This document shows positions 57,841-64,000 of a DNA stretch of 64,000 nt, one piece after another. The DNA comes from Armatimonadota bacterium (lineage in GTDB: Bacteria > Armatimonadota > HRBIN16), in assembly GCA_963677485.1 (NCBI GenBank), contig OY781964.1, positions 960,001 to 1,024,000 on the forward strand. The letters are read 5' to 3'. How positions within the stretch are numbered: position 1 is the first letter of the stretch; every line of letters starts with the position of its first letter. The position numbers and the translations under genes are program-made. The notes below the pieces were generated by a model. It searched no databases, was not told the origin of the DNA, and saw nothing but the letters and a program-made list of their open reading frames with translations.

Positions 57841-58262
57841 TTGTCTGAACCACGGATTACGCGGATTGACAGGATGACACGGATGAGGAGAGAGCCACCC
57901 ACCGGCCGGAGCGATGTCCCGCAGGCCGCTAATGATCAGCCGTGCGGTGCAGGAACCCGCACTGGACGCCGTTCCCGGAGCGTCAGCTCCCGGAACGGTG
58001 GAGTGTGGGTGACTAAACCCGCGGCAACGAGAGCCGGTAGCTTCGAAATGAGCCAGTAGTCCCGCGTCGACGGGTTCCATCGCCCCAGCGGGCGCCGGCA
58101 GAGGGCACCCTGCGCCCGCTTGCGGGCTGCGACAACCTAGACGCGCGGTGAGGGAACCCCATTCATGGGGTGACAAAACCCGCGGCAGCTTGGGCCACCA
58201 GCCAACGGCGATGGGTTCCGTGGCCCATCCGTGACTTCGTCCCGGTACGGGCACTGTCACCC
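57841..58262 (+). repeat. Modular multi-hairpin array repeat, copy D, plus extra modules
   Basis: Core 58048-58189 with an internal deletion; modules shared with 53414-53450, 55430-55461 and 51907-51976. Confidence 0.8.
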
Positions 58263-58337
58263 TTCGCCAACCACCCTTGGCGTTGGTCGCAGGTGGGTAA
58301 TCCCACGCTGTGGCGATCCAAACCTGGCCATCTACCC

Positions 58338-60215
58338 CTACCGCTCGAACTGCCTCAGTATCGTCTCTGTCCTGTCAAGATACAACTTGATCTGTGACTG
58401 GTCGCGTTTGGTCACAGCCTCCACGGACTTATATGCTCCCAGATAGGTGTTGTCATTTTGCAGCACCAGCACTTCACAGCCTATTAGCAAAGGCATACCG
58501 ACCAGCGATACGCAGACCACCAGAGCTGCGAGGTAACGCTGCCATACCAGATTCGCCTGTGCGTAGTAATCCGGAGTGCGGAGCTTGATGCGCATCACCG
58601 CTATCAATATAACAATCATCGGCAAGGCGAACATTAGCAGAACGGTCGTTGCATCAAACTCCAGTACCGTTCCGTGGGTCATCGATTCCGCCATCCAAAA
58701 ATACGCTGCGATGAGCAGCACAGGCAGCCAGTTGCAGGTCAATTCCGACCATCGAGCAGGAATTGGCACCCCAGCCGCCTGGCAGCGACGTTTGAGCTGA
58801 AACCTCATGATGACCCCACCGCAGACCACCAAAAGAACACTGACCCACAGCACCGCTTCCATGACAGATGCCGCGTTGCGTGTCGCCGCCACGATGGTGA
58901 TGACGGTCAGCGTGATGATCACCAGGGCGGTCACGGCACCCAACTGCTGTGGCGAGTTTGAAGCATCAACCTCCCGAGGTTGGTGATGGATAGCACGTAT
59001 AACCCCAAACCACACAGCTTGTCTGAGCAGTGCCGCGGCTACCAGCAGTGCCAAAATGAAGCACATCACCAACCACCCAGTCTGGGCCAGCAGAGTGCCT
59101 GTCGGCCTGTCTGGGTACTTTAGCCGCGCAGGGTCGTTATAGCCTTGGTCATATTGAGTGCTGAGTTGTTCAAGCTGCCGATGCTCTTCCGACTGCTTCC
59201 GTGCCTCAGCCTTATGACCTGACTTCAGCATTATGTCGTGTCTTAAGGCCGTCATGTTAACTATTCGTTCGATGACATACCACGCGACATCATCGGTCAT
59301 ACCGGGGTCGCTGGTCATCATTCGCAGGTAAGGAGCTGACTGAAGGTAATGAAGTGCTTTGCCCTCGTCCCCCTGTTGTGCCAGCCAGTAAGACACTGTG
59401 CTAATACTACTCGCATCAACCCCGTCTGGTGCCATGATGTAACGCGTAATCCACCGGTCCATGTAATGCTCCGCGAACACCGCCTTCGGCAGAGTGCGGA
59501 AAGCAGCCTCACAACGCTCGTGCTGATATAAACGCAGCGGCTTCTTGAGAGCTTTATCATATTCTGCGAGACCCTCTTCGACATACTTCCTGTTCACCAC
59601 CTCAGGACGTTCCGGAAGTCCAAGGTCCTCATCTGTATGAGCATATTTATCGTTGCTGGGCTCAGGCTTAGGAAACGAGTGTTCACGATTGATGATACTA
59701 AACGACCAGTAATAGTCGGCTAACCGCAGGTTGTAGAGCGCATTGTCAGGATCGAGCTGTTCACCCCTTTTCAGGAAGGCGATGTAATCGCGCTGCTTCG
59801 CGTTCAACTCACCGGATGCCGCCACAACGGGTGGCTTCGATGGCCCAGATGATTTATCGACGGCTGTTTGTTCTACATAAGGAGCCTCCAAATGACCGCT
59901 CAGCAGTGCATACAGCGGACGGTCACCATACTCGGAGCGGAATTTCGACCACCTCTGTGTTGCCACGGCGGGGCTCAACCGCGATGTTTGATCCACAGGC
60001 AATTGCGCTAGCTCATCCTTCGACAGTCCTATGACCCCATCCGGCAGCATCTGCTGCATCAAGAAGACAAACACCCGATACTGGGGATGATCAAGCACGC
60101 GGTTCATAACGATGTAAGCAGCAGGTCCTGGCCGCATGGGCAAGACGAAAAGCCCCAGAACCACAGCCAGCACTGGGAGTATTAGTGCCCTCAGGAATTT
60201 TATCTTGCCCTTCAT
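58338..60215 (-). CDS. Uncharacterised multi-pass membrane protein with a helical/TPR-like ectodomain (paralog 1)
   Basis: N-terminal TM; RGEQLDPDNALYNL; about 6 C-terminal TMs; paralog of 60267-62072; start after GGAGG. Confidence 0.75.
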   Translation of the reverse strand: MKGKIKFLRALILPVLAVVLGLFVLPMRPGPAAYIVMNRVLDHPQYRVFVFLMQQMLPDGVIGLSKDELAQLPVDQTSRLSPAVATQRWSKFRSEYGDRPLYALLSGHLEAPYVEQTAVDKSSGPSKPPVVAASGELNAKQRDYIAFLKRGEQLDPDNALYNLRLADYYWSFSIINREHSFPKPEPSNDKYAHTDEDLGLPERPEVVNRKYVEEGLAEYDKALKKPLRLYQHERCEAAFRTLPKAVFAEHYMDRWITRYIMAPDGVDASSISTVSYWLAQQGDEGKALHYLQSAPYLRMMTSDPGMTDDVAWYVIERIVNMTALRHDIMLKSGHKAEARKQSEEHRQLEQLSTQYDQGYNDPARLKYPDRPTGTLLAQTGWLVMCFILALLVAAALLRQAVWFGVIRAIHHQPREVDASNSPQQLGAVTALVIITLTVITIVAATRNAASVMEAVLWVSVLLVVCGGVIMRFQLKRRCQAAGVPIPARWSELTCNWLPVLLIAAYFWMAESMTHGTVLEFDATTVLLMFALPMIVILIAVMRIKLRTPDYYAQANLVWQRYLAALVVCVSLVGMPLLIGCEVLVLQNDNTYLGAYKSVEAVTKRDQSQIKLYLDRTETILRQFER

Positions 60216-60266
60216 TATCGCCTCCAGATTCCGTCTGCTCATCTATAATGTGTGGTCGCTTGGATG

Positions 60267-62072
60267 TTACTTGGCGTTCCGAACTATGTCCTTGATCTGC
60301 AGTAAGGCCTGGTTGCTAGACTTACTGGCTCGCTCGTTCAACAGCTCCACCGACTTGTTTGCACCAATTCCGGTGTGGTCATAATGAAGCATGACCACTT
60401 CACCCGCCAGTAATATCGGCATCACCACCAGCGAGGCCCACATTACCAGACACGCAAGATAATGCTGCACGGTCCGATTCGCCGCGGCGTAGTAGTCCGC
60501 TGTGCGGAGCTTGAACCAAGTCGCCACCGCCACTACAACACCAAAAACGACCCAGCCGTAAGGTGCTACTAAACGGAAGTCCGCGTTACACCGCTTCATA
60601 TTGGTTAGTTGTTCGACTACGAACAGCACGATAAACAAGGTCACAGGTATCCAGTTGCAAGCCACCTCTTGAATCCTGCCGGGTATGGCCACCCCTGCTT
60701 GTTGGCACATACTCTTGTACCGCCAGCGAACCCAGAACCATCCGATGACCATTGGACTGACCAGCAGCCATGCCGCGAGCGGTTCAACACTCGTCGCCGA
60801 GTCTCGCAGCCCTGCAATTGATGCCATCAAGACTACAGCGATGACCAGATAGGCTCCCGCTGTGATTCCGGCCACTTTTCCTACGCCAGGGACGGGCACG
60901 GACTGCTGATGTGACCGTCGCTTGATAAGTGCCCATCCTGCCCAGAATATCTGCCGGATCAAACCCAACATCAGAAGCCAGACCAGCACCCTCAAGGCCT
61001 TCGAATATCCCATCTCCACAGACAGGCTGTCGTCCGCAGGCACTTTCATGAGGTAGCCAGGCCAAAAACAAGGAAATTTAAGCCTACCTAACTGCTGGTG
61101 CACCAACAGATAGTATCTCGCTTGCCGGTCATCTCTCCGTCGAACTGCCATGTCATGCAACGATGCGGCGTTACCCTGGAGGGTTGCTCTCAATTCGTCA
61201 GCATCACACAAAAAATCGGCCCAGTTTTCAGGAAACATCCCAAGATACGTGCGGATGTCCAGCATCGCCTCAGCGGTCTTCGTGTCTCCCCTCTTCGCAA
61301 GCATCATCACAGCGTAATAGAACGGCCGTGAGTAGCCCGGATACGAGGCCACCGTAATGGCTTCATTGAGCCGCTCCCTGGGCACGAACTGTTCGTATAT
61401 CACCGGTTTGGCCAGCCCGCGAAAGGCATCAGTTCTGGCCTGCTGCTGGTAGGTGTGAACCGTCTTCTTGAGGGCCAGCCGATACTGCTCAATCGCCTCC
61501 TTCAGATACCGCTCATCGCGCACCACTACGCCCTCTGGAAGTGTGAGTGCTCCAAACAGACCTTTCGATAGCTTAACATCATCTGGCTGAGTAGCATCAC
61601 ACTCAGGATACTTGAAGGCGGCTTCCAGATAGCAGTTCATCAGCAACAGGTTATATAGCCCGTTGCCAGGATCGAGCTGTTGCCCGCGCGTCAGCCAGGC
61701 GACCATTGACTTCACAGACTGCTGGCGTTGGTGTTCGTCTTCGTTATATCCTTGCATCGGATGTTGGCTCATGTTCAGAGTCAGGATGGCATATAACGCA
61801 CGCTCCGATATCAACCCGTCGCGGCGGTTCCATGCTGTATGCGCCTGACCGATCAACAGAGGCTGTCTGGTCCGCCACATCAGTTGTTCTTTTGGTTGGT
61901 CCACAGACGGCCACACCGCCAGGCCTTCCAGCCAGTTCGGCGGTCCGCCAAAGTCAGGATCACGAGAAAGCAGGATGGCTTCTTGGCCAGAATCCCGTCC
62001 GGCCCAAACCAATCCCAGCAGAATGGCCAAAACAACCAAAGCCAAAGCTCGAATTCTGTTCATCCGATTCAC
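60267..62072 (-). CDS. Uncharacterised multi-pass membrane protein with a helical/TPR-like ectodomain (paralog 2)
   Basis: RGQQLDPGNGLYNL; CQQAGVAIP..CNWIPV; KLRTADYYA; GANKSVE. Confidence 0.75.
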   Translation of the reverse strand: MNRMNRIRALALVVLAILLGLVWAGRDSGQEAILLSRDPDFGGPPNWLEGLAVWPSVDQPKEQLMWRTRQPLLIGQAHTAWNRRDGLISERALYAILTLNMSQHPMQGYNEDEHQRQQSVKSMVAWLTRGQQLDPGNGLYNLLLMNCYLEAAFKYPECDATQPDDVKLSKGLFGALTLPEGVVVRDERYLKEAIEQYRLALKKTVHTYQQQARTDAFRGLAKPVIYEQFVPRERLNEAITVASYPGYSRPFYYAVMMLAKRGDTKTAEAMLDIRTYLGMFPENWADFLCDADELRATLQGNAASLHDMAVRRRDDRQARYYLLVHQQLGRLKFPCFWPGYLMKVPADDSLSVEMGYSKALRVLVWLLMLGLIRQIFWAGWALIKRRSHQQSVPVPGVGKVAGITAGAYLVIAVVLMASIAGLRDSATSVEPLAAWLLVSPMVIGWFWVRWRYKSMCQQAGVAIPGRIQEVACNWIPVTLFIVLFVVEQLTNMKRCNADFRLVAPYGWVVFGVVVAVATWFKLRTADYYAAANRTVQHYLACLVMWASLVVMPILLAGEVVMLHYDHTGIGANKSVELLNERASKSSNQALLQIKDIVRNAK

Positions 62073-62096
62073 CCTTCGGTATTATCTATCTGTTGC

Positions 62097-62131
62097 CAAT
62101 TGACAATTGATAACTGACAATTGACAATTAG
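62097..62131. repeat. Heptamer tandem repeat (CAATTGA)x5
   Basis: caattga caattga taactga caattga caattag. Confidence 0.8.
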
Positions 62132-62269
62132 TAGTTGGCTTTCGTGTTAAGGATACCACACAACATCGCGATATGGATAGCCTCATCAACCCAAAATCAA
62201 GGCTTAAGCAATGCTTGTTGTTTTGTGATAAAATAACCTTTGGCATTTTGGCAGCCGAAGCTGCCCCAT

Positions 62270-62330
62270 CTGCCTTCCTGCTTCGCGCCAGTAGGGCGCG
62301 AGGCCATTTACAGTCCATAGGGAGGAGCTT
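62270..62330 (+). promoter_or_regulatory. S6:S18 ribosomal protein leader (autoregulatory)
   Basis: ccttcct can pair with the SD agggagg; inner hairpin cttcgcgcc/ggcgcgagg; extended -10 TGaTAAAAT at 62226. Confidence 0.6.
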
Positions 62331-62335
62331 ACCCG

Positions 62336-62857
62336 TTGAGCAAGCTTTATGAAACGATGTACATCGTCCATCCCGCCACAGGTGACGAGCGACTAGCCAA
62401 TCTTTTGGCCCGCTTCGGTACCGTGGTGGAGAAGGCCGGTGGCGTAGTCGAGCACAACGCCATGTGGGCGCGACGCCGACTCGAGTACCCGATTAGAAAG
62501 ATGCGCGATGGCATTTATGTCATCATGCTCTACCGCGCACCGCAGGAGGTTCCAGCAGAGCTGGAGCGACTGTTCAACATCTCTGACGACGTGATGCGAT
62601 ATATCAACATCGTGCATGACTTCAAAGAGGCTGATGAGAAGAACTTCATCGCCGACCTGAAGGCTACGATGTATACTGCCGCACCCGCTGCTGCCCCTGC
62701 ACCCGCAGCCGCACCAGCCGCTGCCCCTGCACCGGTTGAAGAAGCTGCAGCACCTGCAGTGGAAACACCAGCAGTGGAAGTACCCGTCGTAGAGGTACCG
62801 GCAGCCGTTGAAGCCGCCGAACAACCCGCCGAAACTGGCGAACCTCAGCAGGCCTAA
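62336..62857 (+). CDS. rpsF: 30S ribosomal protein S6 with an Ala/Pro/Glu tail
   Basis: YETMYIVHP, W.RRRLEYPIRK, G.Y, VMRY; TTG start. Confidence 0.95.
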   Translation: MSKLYETMYIVHPATGDERLANLLARFGTVVEKAGGVVEHNAMWARRRLEYPIRKMRDGIYVIMLYRAPQEVPAELERLFNISDDVMRYINIVHDFKEADEKNFIADLKATMYTAAPAAAPAPAAAPAAAPAPVEEAAAPAVETPAVEVPVVEVPAAVEAAEQPAETGEPQQA

Positions 62858-62902
62858 AGCCTACAAAAAACCGACGTTGATTGGAGAAGGGGGGTATCTG
62901 AC

Positions 62903-63376
62903 GTGAATTACAACCGAATCGTACTGGTGGGACGCCTTACCCGCGACCCCGAATATCGCTCGACCCCGCAGGGCAGCACCATCGCCCGGATAAGCGTGGC
63001 GGTAGGACGCAGTTTCAAAAATAAAGACGGCGAATACGACACCGACTTTTTTGATTGCACCGCATGGCAAAGCCAGGCGGAATACGCCATTAACTACCTT
63101 AAAAAGGGACGCCTCGTTCTGGTTGAAGGACGCATGGAAAGCCGCAAGTGGACAAGCCAGGCAGGTGAGAAACACACCTCATGGGATGTTCATGTGGACA
63201 ACATCCGCCCGATGGAATCTAACCGAGATGGCTCTGAAGGTGGTTTTCGGCCAGCCGCACCCGCAGCTCAGTCGAACATAGTACCGCCAGTAAGCAGCGC
63301 GCCTGCCACTGGTGATCCGTTTAACAGCGGCTCGGAAATGCCGTCAGATTACGATCCCTTCGCCGACGAATCATAG
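62903..63376 (+). CDS. ssb: Single-stranded DNA-binding protein
   Basis: NRIVLVGRLTRDPE, DFFDCTAW, KKGRLVLVEGR, acidic DPF tail. Confidence 0.97.
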   Translation: MNYNRIVLVGRLTRDPEYRSTPQGSTIARISVAVGRSFKNKDGEYDTDFFDCTAWQSQAEYAINYLKKGRLVLVEGRMESRKWTSQAGEKHTSWDVHVDNIRPMESNRDGSEGGFRPAAPAAQSNIVPPVSSAPATGDPFNSGSEMPSDYDPFADES

Positions 63377-63390
63377 ATTAGGGAGAAACC

Positions 63391-63630
63391 ATGAGACCTA
63401 CAAATGGTAAGCCGCGGTTCAAGAGGCGGCGAAAAGTCTGTGCCTTCTGCGTAGATAAGATACACTATATCGACTTCAAGGATATGCGGCGTCTGTCTCG
63501 CTTCATCACCGATCGCGGGAAGATCATGACCCGCCGAAGCACCGGCACCTGCGCCCGCCATCAGCGCGGCCTCAGCGATGCCATCAAGCGTGCCCGGCAC
63601 ATGGCGCTCGCCATCTTCATGAAGCGCTAG
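63391..63630 (+). CDS. rpsR: 30S ribosomal protein S18 (Zn-binding form)
   Basis: [33 protein letters not shown]. Confidence 0.97.
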   Translation: MRPTNGKPRFKRRRKVCAFCVDKIHYIDFKDMRRLSRFITDRGKIMTRRSTGTCARHQRGLSDAIKRARHMALAIFMKR

Positions 63631-63649
63631 CTTCGCAGCACAGCACCTT

Positions 63650-63678
63650 AAAGCCCCTGCTTCGGCAGGGGCTTTTTT
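63650..63678 (+). terminator. Intrinsic terminator of rpsF-ssb-rpsR
   Basis: aaagcccctgc-ttcg-gcaggggc-tttttt. Confidence 0.9.
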
Positions 63679-63777
63679 GTTGGGGGGGGCTGAAGGTTGG
63701 ACAGTCTCGAATTAACCTTGGGGACAGCGAAAATTCCCCATACCATATATGTATGTGGTCACCCTTGAGATGGAACG

Positions 63778-64000
63778 TTATAGCAGCATGCTATTATTCG
63801 GTCCTGGCGCATCGAAATCCGATAAGGTAGAAACGGTCCTTAGGGTCGGTTTTGTTGCGGGCGGCACTGCGGAAGCGTATGTCGAGGTTTTGGAACCACG
63901 ACCCCCCGCGTAATACACGCGCGTCTGATACGTTGCTTTGATCTGACGGACCTGCCGGGTTTTGGGCTGGTGCTGTCCTGTAATAATCCGATACATACCA
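63778..64000 (-). CDS. 3' end of an unidentified gene entering from beyond the window
   Basis: Open frame to the window edge, stop at 63778; no recognisable motif. Confidence 0.35.
   Translation of the reverse strand, partial: GMYRIITGQHQPKTRQVRQIKATYQTRVYYAGGRGSKTSTYASAVPPATKPTLRTVSTLSDFDAPGPNNSMLL

Noticed and set aside
51704-58337. Classical integron attC sites or a CRISPR array
   Set aside because: No consistent RYYYAAC...GTTRRRY boundaries and no intI or cas genes were seen; repeats are ~200 nt mosaics separated by whole genes.

Overview
Bacterial chromosomal window, probably Armatimonadota or a related lineage. This is inferred from DUF1559/H-X9-DG-like pilin paralogs, PEP-CTERM-like proteins, many glycan enzymes and Firmicutes-like housekeeping synteny. 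Housekeeping blocks: tRNA-Leu(CAG); nusA-ylxR-infB-rbfA-nrnA-truB-ribF behind a rimP-type leader but with no rimP; TPP-riboswitch thiD-thiC-thiM-thiE; pgi; proA-nadD-LCP-rsfS; rpsF-ssb-rpsR. Accessory content: three DUF4114 paralogs ending in a variant G[A/S/T]EP-CTERM sorting signal, sugar ABC transporter and hydrolase clusters, and several REP/REPIN-like palindromes. The most striking region is a 7-kb tandem array (51.0-57.8 kb) of eight pseudopilin-like genes in three subtypes (order A-B-A-C-C-C-B-A). The A/B genes have degenerate prepilin cleavage sites and six genes share a W[K/E/R]P-stop end. The array has duplicated promoters/leaders and four co-oriented copies of a modular ~200-nt multi-hairpin repeat, and it faces two paralogous unknown membrane proteins. 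No CRISPR, transposase, integrase or reverse transcriptase was recognised. All family calls are by eye from motifs; no database searches were run.
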